Below, in pieces: positions 22,262 through 35,100 of a stretch of DNA of 64,000 bases. Below the pieces are notes generated by a model. That model was not told where the DNA came from and did no database searches. It saw nothing but the letters and a program-made list of their open reading frames with translations. Origin of the DNA: Malacoraja senta (taxonomy: Eukaryota); contig JAXLNO010000533.1 of the NCBI GenBank assembly GCA_038087875.1, positions 1-64,000 on the forward strand, given 5' to 3'. A program made the position numbers and the translations under genes. The first letter of the stretch is position 1, and each line of letters starts with the position of its first letter.

Positions 22262-25200
22262 TATATGTGTAGAAAAGTACGCATACATATATTCAAGAGG
22301 GAAATCCGGTCAGTTCAGGACCCAGTGGTCACAATCTGATGATCAGGCTTCAAGTTGAGATGAAGAGCGATTACTTCTCCCACAGAATGATGAAGGTGTG
22401 GAATGTTATACCACTGGAAGCAGTTGAACACAGATCATTGAATTTATACAAGGAGTTATATGTTATTTGTATGGTCAAAGGATCAGAGAAATAAAAGGAT
22501 CAAGGTATAAATTTTAGGTCACAATTGATCACATGGAATAATAGTTGAGGCTCAAATGCCTGAATTCCTATTACTTTTATATTCTGCATTTCAACATTTT
22601 TGTATTTATCGTGGCCACATTTCCTCTGCATCGAAGAACATGATAACTGGGATGCTTAAAAGGAACTGAGACCCTGCTGCCAATGACTTTTTGCAGCTGC
22701 ATACATTGGTTTGGTGTTCACAAAGCGAGGACAAATCAGAAATAATTTTCTGAACACGCCATCCATTGCTATTTCAATGTGCTTACCCAAGATACAAAAA
22801 AAAATACTATATTAATCTATATCAAAAATGTTTGGATAAAATAAACAAAACACGGTCATCGAATGTCCCTGGGTAAGTCATCCACCCCCTGCCCTCCACC
22901 CCTTTGAGAAGTGGCTGAAGGGAGATATTAAAATACATAAAGCTTTTAAATGAATCACTATGGTGAAAACTTTTCCACCATAAAATCCAGCAGGGAATTC
23001 GACAGAGAATGCTCCCTCTCCTCCCCTCCCACCCAATACAGGTGAGAATGAGGATCCAGATCAATGAATTGCATTTAGGGGATGGCTGGGCAAACACAAA
23101 AGAGAAAAGAATAGTCGGTTCTACATTGGAGAATCCAGCACAGACTTGCCAACCATGTTGCAGATCGCATAAGGTGGGAAGAGGGTCATGTGGACCATAT
23201 GCACCAGTATTGGCAGGATAGGCAGAGTGGCCTGTTCCTACACACTTGTCTCCACTACAACCTTGTATTACTTTGACTGCCAATTCATTTTTGATCATTT
23301 TGTTCCCATTCATTCTTTAAAAAATACAAAATCAACTTTGACGTAAGAATACTGTGATTGATGCTGTTGCAAATAAATGGAGGCCTTACACTTTCTTAAC
23401 AACAATTTAATTTTGCGCCTTGCATATTATATCTTTCATATTATATCTTGCACATTCCATATATCTTGCCTTTACTTGGCAACATGAAGCCACTATAAAA
23501 CAGGGTGCAATCCAATGTGTTTACTTGGATTTCATGCCAATCTATTTCCAAAAATCTTATACGCAATGGTCTATTCATCAAACACATTCTACAGGCAACT
23601 ATTATTAGGTGAAATCTCAAGAGCAGAACTTGTACCAAATGAGCCACATAAAATGAACTTGATCACTGTGCCACCAGTCACTGTGGACAATTTTATATTC
23701 ATATGGATGATAAATTCTTTGCATTAGATTAGAAATGTACAAAGTACAAACAATCAAGACTTTTGACATCAAATAACCAAGCGTTATGTAACAACATTTA
23801 TTGGTGCTGTGTCTCAGACTAAATGCAGTGTTAAAACAAAATATATTCTATCCAATAATGACTGTAGCTAATGGAATCAGCAACTAAAAACAGAAGACTG
23901 AAAGCATTCAATGGCTCAAGCAAAATTATTGGGACAAATGGTTGATGTCACAAATAGGGTCAAGAACCTGCACCAGACCTGTGAGGGAAGAGGATGAATT
24001 GCCAATATATAGCAATCAGGGAGGAATAGGACAGAGGCTGGTAGATCAAACGTAGAACCAGGTGGGGAGAGGATAATGGGTAGATGGAAACAGGTAGGAG
24101 AGGAGGAGGAAGAGGTGAACAACAGGAGAATAAACTGTTCAAATGAGACAGAGGTTCACTTGCATCTCTTTCAACTTTCTATACTGCAATCATTGCTCAC
24201 ACTGTGGAGAAACTAGCTTAGATGTCAACCATTTTGTACAGCACATCCCTTTGAAGTAAAGATCATCCTGAGATCTGTTGTATGGTATTTTAATACCCCT
24301 TCCCACTCACACACTGACCCATCTGTCGTTAACCTTGGGCACAGAAAGTTTAAAGTAAAATATCTGATAATCCACCTGGGTAACTTTATATGAATATAAA
24401 GTTTTCACATTTCAGCTTATCCATACCACTGGTGTTCATTTGTTCTCCCACAACCACCCATACACCAACTTTGCTCCATCTGCCCATCATCCCCTCCCCA
24501 GCTGATTTTACTTCGGAGTCACGTGAGTGACTACGTGAAGAAGCCCCGTCCAGCCGCACACGCGTCATTATCGATCAGACGCATAGCGTTCATGACCGTG
24601 TGTGGAGGAGCAGGAGCTCCTCCAGCCGGTGAGTAAAACAAAAGTCGGAAGGTAAGTGAGTTACTTTTCACTTACAGGAGCGTTTCCTTCCCGTTTAGAC
24701 TTGTTTGATGGAGCTCCACACAAGTTTATTATGGAGAAATGGGAAGGAGAGGCGGCCAGGGACGCACTGTAGTAAAACCCCAGATCCTAAGGGTAGCGGG
24801 CGTCAGTCAGGGGAGTCAGTGGCAGCGAAGCCATTAACTCCAGTTGTGGTCGAATGTGCGTTAAACCGCCGCGGGCGGGGCGCAAGGCAAAAATCGGCCC
24901 GACCTGTAGACTCGGATGAGTCAGACCCGGAGGTATGCCCTCCTGAGGCAGGAAAGAGTATTACACTGCAAGGGTCAAAAACATTATAACTCCTTATGGG
25001 GCAGATGATTTGTAAAGAACCCCCACAGGAGGATTTAAGTCGGTGTTGGCCAATGAAGTATAGCACAGGAGGTGCCTTGGAACAGGCACAAGGGTGGCCT
25101 ACAGGAGAGCCATCAGTGCCTGTGCAGAAACATTAAAGAGGTTGGCCTACAGGAGAGCCAGTGCCCCAAAATGCCATAAAAAAGGCAAGTTATGTGTTGG

Positions 25201-26089
25201 CCTATTGGAGAGCCAGTACTAGAAATGCCTGAACTAAAGGCAGCACAAACGTGCAATGATAAATGTGCCAGCACCGACAAATATAAAGTGTAAAAATAAT
25301 GAAGCGTTGGCCTAGAATTGAGCCAGCGCCAGCAGCACCTGAAGCAGGGCTGCCTGTCCGTGGGCCTACAAGAGAGCCCGCGCAGGGGGAATCTGGCAGA
25401 GACTTACCTGAAACAGGGGAGCCAGAAATTACCCAACATAAAAATGAATATTTAAATTTAGATGATGATTTAAATGAGGACCAGAGCCCATTATCAGAGC
25501 CACAAATGTTCCAAGGCTGGCACAAAACTTTGCTGTTCCCAGAGTAACAGGGGAACCTTTGAGAGAGGAAATAGCTATGACTATAAATTATCTACTCTCC
25601 CATCAGCCCCAGGAATTAACCATGGATGAGACTATCAAAAAATATGAGACCCGGGAAATTGTAGCAGTTACAGCAGTGAATAAACTTGATATGGGTAATT
25701 TGAGCAGTGGTTTACGCTCACAAGAATTGAAATTACACAAGTGCTGAAATTTCTGGGGTCAGTGGTTTGGATGAAGGTTATATATCGTATTCACAACAAA
25801 ATGTAGCACTCATGTGTAGTGCGCACTTTGAAATAAATTGTATTCATAAAAATGCAATAAGACCAAATATTCATCCTAAGTATGCAGGCTCTGCAAATCA
25901 TCCAATATACAAATGCCTAAATCTGTTTTGGAGAAAATCTAACAAAGAAACTAAAGGATCACCTATGCTGAGCAGAGCGGTGAGAAGGCAGTATCCCTAC
26001 AGGCGAAATGTGGTGCTGGAGAAGGAACAATCCTATCATTCTCATATACACGTTGACATGCTGCACCGAGGATACGTGGAGGTTACAAT

Positions 26090-27603
26090 GTGCCTACTAG
26101 AAGGGGACAACAACTGCCGGTGGCAAACCCCGAGGTTAGGGGGCTTGGTCTGGTAAGAAACACAACAAATGTTTCACACTCACAAATAGGGGGAAGGTTA
26201 CGATTCTTCCTAAAAGAATGGCAATCAATAACAAATGATTCATTTATTCTATGTAGCATTGTTGGATTCAAAATTGAGTTCTCTCCACTTTTGGATCCTC
26301 CAATTCAGCATAATTCAAACTGGTCACAGATTTTTTTCAAAGGAAGAGAATGGGTAGATCAAAGGAGAATTGAAAAATGTTATGCAGAAAAGGATGATAT
26401 AAATGTCAGTAGAACAACACCATCAGTTTGTGTCAAATATTCTCCTAGGAATATTCTCCTAGAAAAGGGATGGTGGACGTAGAATCATTTCCGATCTGAC
26501 AAATCTTAACCTTTATGTACAATAGAAACATTTCAAAATGGAAACATTTACTAATGCCATTTAGCTAGTCACAAAGAATTGCTACAAGGCAAGCATAGAT
26601 CTGCAAAATGCATATTATTCTGTGGCAATGCATGGTAATGATCAAAGATATTTGAAATTTAGATGGATGAGTCAGTTATGGCAATTTAAAGCATTGCCCA
26701 ATGGTCTGATTTCAGCACCAAGATTATTCACTAAATTGCTCAAACCAATTTTAGCTCTGTTAAGAGCTGAGGGCCATGTATTAATGGCTTATTTAGATGA
26801 TATCCTCATTGTAGGGGACACTTTGGCTGCTGCAAAATTGTCAGTATCCAGTCAAATACATTTTGAGAAATTAGGTTTCATTATTCACCTACAAAAATCT
26901 AAATTGTTACCAAGCAAAAAGATTGATTACCTAGGGTTCACAATTAACTCCGAACACATGGTAATCACTTTGCCAAAAGATAAAAAGCTGCAGTTAATTG
27001 AAGGTTGCATAAAACTCATTAACGAGGACACATCTTCAATTAGAGAAGTGGCAAGCTTGCTAGGCAAATTCATTGCAGGGTTTCCAGCGGTCACGTTTGG
27101 ACCATTGCATTATCAATGTTTACAGAGAGCTAAGGTACAAGCGTTAAAAATGAATAGAGGGCATTTTGATAGGCCCATGAAATTAACAATTCAATCCATT
27201 ACGGAAATAGAATGGTGGATTAACAATGTTTCTAATGCTTCCAGAAAAGTTCTGGTAGAAACACCTTCCGTCACTCGACAGACTGATGTAAGTGCGCTGA
27301 GTTGGGGCGCTACTAACATGATTTTCCAGCTGTGGAGGTAGGTGGAATGTGAATGAAGTACCTTTGCTGGAAAAACTGGGAATCAATTACCTAGAGCTAT
27401 TAGGCGCATTTTACGGCCTTAGAGCTTATTGCACTGATATGGGAAATGTGCATGTTCAGGTACAGGTTGACAATACTACAGCTGTAGCATACATAAATCA
27501 CATGGGTGGTATAAAATCAGAATCATGTGATAAATTGGCAAATGAAATTTGGACCTGGGGTATTGCCAGAAAAATGTGGCTGTCAGCAATATTTACCAGG
27601 TAA
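26090..27603 (+). pseudogene. DIRS RT/RNase H, frameshifted
   Basis: GGRLRFFLKEW, SIDLQNAYYSV, FKALPNGL..APRLFTK, MAYLDDILI, YLG, QTDVS...WGA and QVDNTTAVAYINHMGG. Confidence 0.9.
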
Positions 27604-28022
27604 AAATTAATACAATTGCAGACAAAAGATCACATAAATTTAATGATAATACAGAATGGATGTTAAATCGGAAAATATTCACACAAATTATCACACAATT
27701 TGGAATGCCAGAAATTGATCTGTTTGCATCAAGATTGAACCACCAGTTGCCTAAGTATGTGTCATGGGAACCTGATCCTGGTGCAGTAGTGGTGGATGCT
27801 TTCTCGCTACATTGGGGTGGTATGTTTCTGTATGCGTTTCCACCATTTTGTTTAATCCACAAATGCATACAGAAAATTAAACAAGATTCAGCCTCAGGGA
27901 TTTTGGTAGTACCAGATTGGCCTACACAGGTGTGGTACCCACTGGTGTTAAAAATGGGGGGAAAAAAACCAAAACCCTTATGGTTATTCCAAAGCAGATT
28001 AAACTGCTTGTACACCCTGTGA
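27604..28022 (+). pseudogene. DIRS methyltransferase-like domain
   Basis: IDLFASRLN.QLPKYVSW...DAFSL.W...FLYAFPPF...LVVPDWPTQVWYP. Confidence 0.85.
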
Positions 28023-28065
28023 CTAATGAATCACATCCTTTACATAATCGTATTGGTTTGTTGAT

Positions 28066-29056
28066 TTGCAGATTCTAAGAAGGCCATATCTTGGAAAAGG
28101 ATTATCAGACCGTACGGTGGATGTTATGACAGCAGCCTGGAGGAATAGTACCCAGAAGCAGTACATTTCATATATAAAGAAATGGGAGGTGTTTTGTTCA
28201 GTAAAGAATATTGCATATAACACAGCAGAAATTTCAGATGTAATAGAGTTTCTTTCAACTCTACACTATGAATTGAAATTAAGTTATAGTGCAATTAATA
28301 CTGCACGAAGTGCACTCTCTGCATATTTAAGCAGTGAATCAGAACAAACTCCAATTGGAGCACATCCTTGGGTCTGTAGGTTTATGAAAGGAATTTTCAA
28401 CTCTAATCCTCCCAGACCCAGGTATACAGAAATTTGGAATGTAAAAGATGTACTGATGTTCCTAAGGAATTGGAATCCAGTTGAAACTCTGTCATTATCC
28501 AAAATTACCATGAAATTGGTTATGCTCATGGCATTAGTTTCAGCGCAGAGAGTTCACACATTACAGAAACTCAGAATTGATAGAATGAAAGTAGGGCAAA
28601 ATGCCGTGACATTCTATGTCTATGATTTACTGAAGCAAAGTAGACCTGGGTTCACAGGATGCAAGTTGGAATTTTTAGCATATCCTACAGATTCACGACT
28701 GTGTGTAGTAACATATGTGAAATGTTACATAGAAACAACAAAAGTTTTAAGAGGCGCCGAATTGGCATTTTTTATTAGTCATAAAAAGCCTCATAAGAAA
28801 GTGTCAACACAAACAATTTCACGATGGTTGAAACAGGTGTTGAGATATTCAGGTATTGATACTGATAAATTTAAATCTCATTCCACCAGGGCGGCATCAA
28901 CATCAGCGGCCAGGGATTCAGACAATAGACCTTATTCTCGCGGCCGCAGGATGGGCAAGTGAACAGATGTTTCACAAGTATTACCACAAGGAGATTAAAG
29001 ATCTCAGAGGGTTTGGTGATGCCGTGCGGGATACAGTATTAAATCCCCCATTATAA
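28066..29056 (+). pseudogene. DIRS tyrosine recombinase with late frameshift
   Basis: SAINTARSAL, RPRY..IW, ALVSAQR, HSTRAAS, then ILAAAGW...FHKYY in another frame. Confidence 0.9.
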
Positions 29057-29888
29057 TAAATGGGCCTAATTTTGTTACTTTTATTAAAATAAATAAAACC
29101 ATTAACTGATTACATTCAAATGTTGTGGTTATGCATTGTTGATTGTGCTTACTCAAATAGAGTCAATCGATGCAGTGAACCCCTGGATTTGAATCCACGG
29201 TGTGAAATCACAGAGCTTTGAAATCTTCACGTAGTCACTCACGTGACTCCGAAGTAAAATAGTAAGATTAAACAAGAACTTACCAAGTTTGAAGCTTGAT
29301 CTTTATTTTATGAGGAGTAACGTTGAGGGATTACGTGCCCTCCGCTCCCACCCTCATAAAAGGATCAAGCTGGTAGTTCTAAGTCTTTATGCATCTTACT
29401 ATCATACTTCAGTAATTATCGTCTGTGATTGTCACTCCGCTGCTTTGAAAGATTGACGCGTGTGCGGCTGGACGGGGCTTCTTCACGTAATCCCTCAACG
29501 TTACTCCTCATAAAATAAAGATCAAACTTCAAACTTGGTAAGTTCTCGTTTAATCTTACTATTCCACCTGCCACATACCAGCCTCTGCCCCATTCCTCCT
29601 TCAAACTGTTAGAATCTTCCCATCCTCTCCTTCAATTCTAATGCAGTGCCTTGCCTTGAAATGTTGGTATATGTCATTTGCCTCCACAGATGCTGTTTGA
29701 CCAAGTACTTCCACTGGCCTTTCTTTAGTCTAAAATTCTTGTTGGAAATAACCACAAAGTCTTACTCTATCTATAATTGAAACCATTTAATTGGTGCTTA
29801 GAGAGCTTTCTAAAATCATGAGGGTGATTGATCAGGATTTATTTTACCCAGGGTAGGGTAATCAAGAACCAGCAAAAACAGGTTTAAG

Positions 29889-30526
29889 CAGTGTTCAATG
29901 CTAATTTTTTAGGTGTCGGAGCTGTCAAACAGGGGCATTTCAGATTTTGCTGGGGGGGGGGGGGCAAGCTAGTTTCCCTAGAGGGTCAAACAAGATTATA
30001 GCCTATTACTACATCCCAGTGTATAGCTAGTACTTTAAAACATATAATACTTAATTTAATTATGACAAAATATTGCACGGTTGCACTCACTGATTATCAT
30101 GAAATATAATTATGAAGCAAGTAAAGAAAAAGACTGTTATCATGTATTTTTACAGAGGTGCCGGCAAGACACCGACTCGCCCTGACTATCCCACAGCTCT
30201 GGGCCTTCACACACACACACACACTCTCACCCTCACACCCATTCACCTACACACCCACCCACTCATCCACCCACCAGAGTTCCAGGCTCAGCTCCAGGCC
30301 CACAACCACAAACGATGCACACATCACATGGTCTGTCTCTGCTGCATCATAGTGTTCCCCTCCTCCTACAGGGAACCTCAGTAGTGATGGATCTTCCCCT
30401 TACCCCTCTTTTAATCAGGTTACCCCGACCACACATCCGCTAGTTAAAATTCCACCCTGTTTATTTTTTCTTTAACAGAGGTGCCGGATCGGTGCTCAGG
30501 TGAGCTCCGGCAGCACTGCACCCCTG
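29889..30526. mobile_element. Non-autonomous hAT-like DNA transposon (638 bp) inserted in a CR1 fragment
   Basis: 8-bp direct repeat GGTTTAAG at 29881-29888 and 30527-30534, CAG...CTG termini and internal AGGTG(C/T)CGG repeats. The CR1 sequence continues across the site. Confidence 0.75.
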
Positions 30527-31380
30527 GGTTTAAGGTGAGGAGGAAGATTTAGTAGGAACCTGAGAGGCAACCTTTTCTACTAAGAGGTTACTGGGTGTAT
30601 GGAATGAGCTGCCAGCGAAGGCAGAATAACAACATTGAAAAGACACTTGGACAGGTACATGGATAGAACATGTTGAGAGGAATGTGGGCCAAACGCTGGC
30701 AAATGTGACTAACCTAAATGTAGCATCTTGTTCAGCTTGGAGCATTAGGCTGAAGTACCTACTTCCATGCTATATGGCTCTATGACTCTTTGTTAGATGA
30801 ACATAAACAGGGCAAATGGAGTTTAATAATGGAAAATATGTGCTCACACACTCTGGTAAGAGCAATTCAAAGGAAGCTATTATCTAAATGGAGTGAAATT
30901 GCAAATGAGTGGAGTACAAGAGATTCAAGTGCTTAAAGTGCAAAACAAAAAGCCAGCAGGTAGATGCAGCACACAACTCAGAAGGTGATTAGCATTCAAA
31001 GGTAGGTTACTATTGTAATTATGGTACATGATGTTGCTAAGGACATATCAGGAGCACTGTGCACAGCTTGGTCCTCAAATTTAAGAAAGGATATATTAAT
31101 ATTGGATATCAGCTAGAAGAGATTTCTGGAATAAGCAAGTGTTACCTAACCATGAATGGCTGAAATCACTGGTTCTGTGTCCCTTGGAGCTGACAAGAAA
31201 CAGAGTTAACCTTATGAATGTATTAAAGAGGCATGATGTGGTGGTGAATTGATGGATAATGCATGGATATATTCTAAAAGACCAGGGAATTGTGTCTTAT
31301 GTGGAATAAGCACAGTAAAGGAGTTGAGGCCTCAGTCATATCAGTTGTTATCAACATAAATTGCTAGATAGCTCTAATTT
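30527..31380 (+). mobile_element. Old CR1 fragments
   Basis: Decayed ORF2 3' end and tails. Confidence 0.65.
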
Positions 31381-31674
31381 GTGCAAATGCAGGGCAGTCT
31401 ATTGAGAATTTCTGTCATGTTTGATAAACTTAATTTAACTCTTTCCATTTATTTCAGTTCCTGCATTTTAATCACATCCATGAAATCTTCTACTCAGCAA
31501 TTGGTTAGCAGTGAACGTTCTGCTTTGGTTGAATATTTTGATAATCTGAGGAGGGAAATTAAATATTAGACAACAAAGAAATGGCATAGCAGAGAACAGA
31601 ACTCAGAAAGATGCAACTAGTTTATTCGCTTTAACTGTTGATTCATCCCACATAACATCTTCCTTCCAGATATA

Positions 31675-32180
31675 AAGGCACAGCGCCAGACACCTGGGTT
31701 TGATCCTGACCACGGGTGATGTCTGTACGGAATTTGTACCTTCTCCCTGTGACTGCATAGGTTTTCTCCAGGTGCTCCAGCTTCCTCCCACATTCCAAAG
31801 ACAGATGTGCAGGTTTGTAGGTTAATTGACTTGTGTTCCTAGCTTATGTGGGTGATCGTTGGTTGGTGCGGCCTCAGTGGGGCCGAAGTGTCTGTTTCAA
31901 TGCTCTCTCTCTAAACTAAACAAAAAACTCAATACTCCTTCAAATAGTTTCGTTCACACAAGTTCTATGTTATCTAACTTTCGCTTCCACACTAGGGTCA
32001 AATTACAGAGACCAATTAACCCATAAACCTGGCATCTTTAGTATGTGTGTGAAAACTGGAGGACAGTGGAAACCCATGCGGTCATAGGGAATACATGCAA
32101 ACTTCACACAGCCGACAAGCGAGGTTAGGATTGAACTGATGTGTATGACGCACTGAGGCAGCAGCTCTATCAGCAGCGCC
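31675..32180. mobile_element. Two HE1-type SINEs, tail-to-tail (about 31675-31925 +, 31988-32180 -)
   Basis: Recognisable head, core and (CTAAA)n tail. Confidence 0.75.
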
Positions 32181-35100
32181 ACTCTGCCTCAGGTTGCGTC
32201 ATGTTCAGCACAAACGTTGTTGGACAAAGGACCTGTTCCTCTATTACAGGGGCATTCCCATTCACTGTAAAATTCAGCGAACTCAGCACCATTGGGTCAC
32301 TGGAAATATTCCCTGCCTGACCATCAGATCCCTCCAGATCAGTCGGACAGACACCAGTTAGGCAGCATCTGCCTGCAAATGATTCATGTCCCTCAAACCC
32401 CTGCATCTCCATGCACCCACGAAGGTGCACCCCAGACGCCACCATCCCTGGCAGTGCTTTCCAGGCACACACCACATAGTATGTAATAAAAACTTGCCCT
32501 TTTAAAAACTGCAGCTTCTACCCTGCACTGAATATAATGCAATAATTTAAATGCCATAGTAGGCATTTAGTTAATTGGGATAATTTTAGTCAATTGGGTG
32601 GTGTGATTGCAAATCTTGTACAATATCATAAACCAAGTAAAATGTGACAAAGTCAAAATGGCCAGGCACAAAGAACAGAATAATCATGAACATCAATAAC
32701 ATGTCAATAACTAGACTCTCCTTGTGTAAGGCAGCATGCTGTAAGGTTGCAAACTCGTTTGCTCCCTTAACTTTTAACTTCCACTGACCACTCTTTCAAT
32801 GTTACTGGTGACTATTTGACTTCAAGACACCGTCTAACTGTTCATAAAGTGTTGATAACACATTTACACGCCTTAATCGTGAAAAGCATGGAGACAAGAA
32901 GGAAAGGAGGATCCCCAAAGAAGGAACTGGGGAAAGCCACAACCACAGCTGTAGCTTCTGATTCCAGCATCATAGAAGCAATATCGAAAATGAACGATGA
33001 ATTGAAAAATGAGCTGAAAAATGAAACGAAAACAAGATTTGGCAGTTTGGAAGAAATGGTGAAAGGAGTTGACCAAATTGAAGGAAGTCCAAGGAAAACT
33101 GTTTTTGTTACAAGATGAACTTCGTGAACAAAAGGATCAAATTGATATCTTGCGCACCCTGGGACAGGAGAGAGATTTGAAATTTGAAAAATTGGAACGG
33201 AGAATGAATGAAAACACTTGAGAACTTCAGCAATACAAGTCTAAAAATATGGACTTAGAATACAGAAGCCGTCGTTTGAATTGATGAATTGTTGGTTTGC
33301 CGGAAGGCCAAGGAGGAGATAACGTTATAAAATATGCTTCTAAAATGATAAAGGAAACATTCAACATTGAGCACAATGAAAACCTTCTGTTCCTGGATAA
33401 GGCACACAGGATTGGGAAGAAATCCGGTAATAAACCGAGACACTTGATCATTCGGTTTCATTTTTTTCAAATGAAGGAGAATATTCTCCAGGCAGCAAAA
33501 AAGTTTGGTGTGGTTGAATACGAAGGATGTAAGTTTCGGTTTGTCCCTGATTATAGTTACGAGCTTTTGGAAATAAGAAAGACTTTTTATAATGTAATGT
33601 CTGATTTGTATAAGAAAAAACTGCGCCCAGCTCTATTATCACCAGCTAGATTGCGTATTCGGCTTTTCAATGGTAACTTTCGATTTTTTAACAGTCCTCA
33701 AGACGCCTCCAGCTGCGTCTGAAGAGCTACGACGAGGAAGGGGAGTAATTGATAGCTGATTAAGTTATAATTGGAGATTTACTGTTCCTCTTTTGACAAC
33801 ATTTCGTTTGGTAATGATTAAGAATTTAACTGGACGAGTTGTTTTTCTTTTATATATATTCTTTTAAGAATTTCTTTGTTAATTCGTGTTCCCCTGTCGT
33901 TAGACAAACTAAGAGAACGCAGTTCTTGTTTTTCATATTTTGACCTTGGATAATAATAAGCAGCATTCCATGCCAGTCTGTATTTTTTTTCTTCTCTCTC
34001 AAAGAGATAATAACGAATGTGTTATGACGTAGTGGTTAAATATTATTCATTTTATGCTGAGCGCTGTTACTGGGAGAGATGGGATCGGGGAGGGGATTAG
34101 GTAGTTTGCTGACTGTCTTTTGGTCAGTTTGGGGTTCTACAGGGGTGGGAGGGGGGAGGGGGGAGGGGGGAGGGGTCTTTTGTTCCCTATTTAGTGATCT
34201 CCATTTGTGCAAATTCTGAACTACAAAATTGGCTGAAATGTCGTCACCTGGCTCCGCCCTAGATTTTTCTTCTTCCAGTATTATGAACTTTTAGGCTTCA
34301 AGAAATTAACCCATTACATCCCACATGATTTTTACAAGCAATATGGATAAAGTTCCTTTCATGGAATGTGAATGGCTTGAACCATCCCATTAAGAGGATT
34401 TTTTAAAAAAGTTCTTCACAGACTAAATGCTCAGATTATCTTTGTTCAGGAAACTCATGTAAGGCAAGATGACAAGTCACGATTTTTCAAGTTTTGGAGA
34501 GGACAGCAGTTTCATTCAAATTCACAGGCTAAGGGGAAAGGAGTCTCTATTTTTATCGACCCCTCATTTCCGTTTGTTCACCATGAAACAATTTCTGATC
34601 CATATAGCAGATTCTTGGTGATTACCGGTGTCCTTTATAGGCAAAAAGTCACTATGGTGAATGTCTATGCACCAAATATTGATCACCCTGAGTTTTTTAA
34701 ACAGTTAATTGCATCCTTTCCTAACTTAAATGAACAATTTTTAATAATGGGTGGAGACTTCAATTGCTGTTTGAATCCCTCGATTGATACGTCTACATCT
34801 GATCATGTGCTTCCAAATAAATCAGCTAATTTTATTAATTCTTTTTTACTTGACTCGGGAATGTTAGAAATTTGGAGATTCTTACACGCAAATGACAAAG
34901 AATTTTCATTTTTCTCCCATGTATATCATAATTATTCTAGGATCGACTATTTTATACTAGATTCTCGGCTAATTCCATTCGTCATTGCATGTGAGTATGA
35001 TGCAATTGCTATTTCTGATCATGCACCAGTGAAACTATTGATCAAACTACCTGATTCCAAGTTTAGTGCTAAACAATGGCGATTTAATGCTACTTTGCTT

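Larger units (their letters stand above)
24506..29563 (+). mobile_element. DIRS1-type tyrosine-recombinase retrotransposon, full-length but decayed (copy 1)
   Basis: Left TR at 24506-24570. The ICR at 29225-29338 is complementary to the left end and to the right extension, and the right TR at about 29448-29563 is inverted. Internal gag-like, RT, RNase H, MT and YR frames are present. Confidence 0.95.
23870..29720 (+). mobile_element. Old Penelope-like (GIY-YIG) remnant split by the DIRS insertion (pieces about 23870-24505 and 29564-29720)
   Basis: QMRQRFTCISFNFLYCNHCSHCG near 24140-24205 resembles the Penelope endonuclease start. The pLTR-like tail CCTCCACAGATGCTG resumes right of the DIRS end. 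Confidence 0.55.

Noticed and set aside
22822-23727. Several 60-160 aa ORFs
   Set aside because: No domain signature; part is an old CR1 RT remnant (CVYLDF).
27549-28962. Bacterial/phage methyltransferase plus integrase as horizontal transfer or contamination
   Set aside because: Both lie inside a DIRS element with ITRs and ICR, where these domains are standard.
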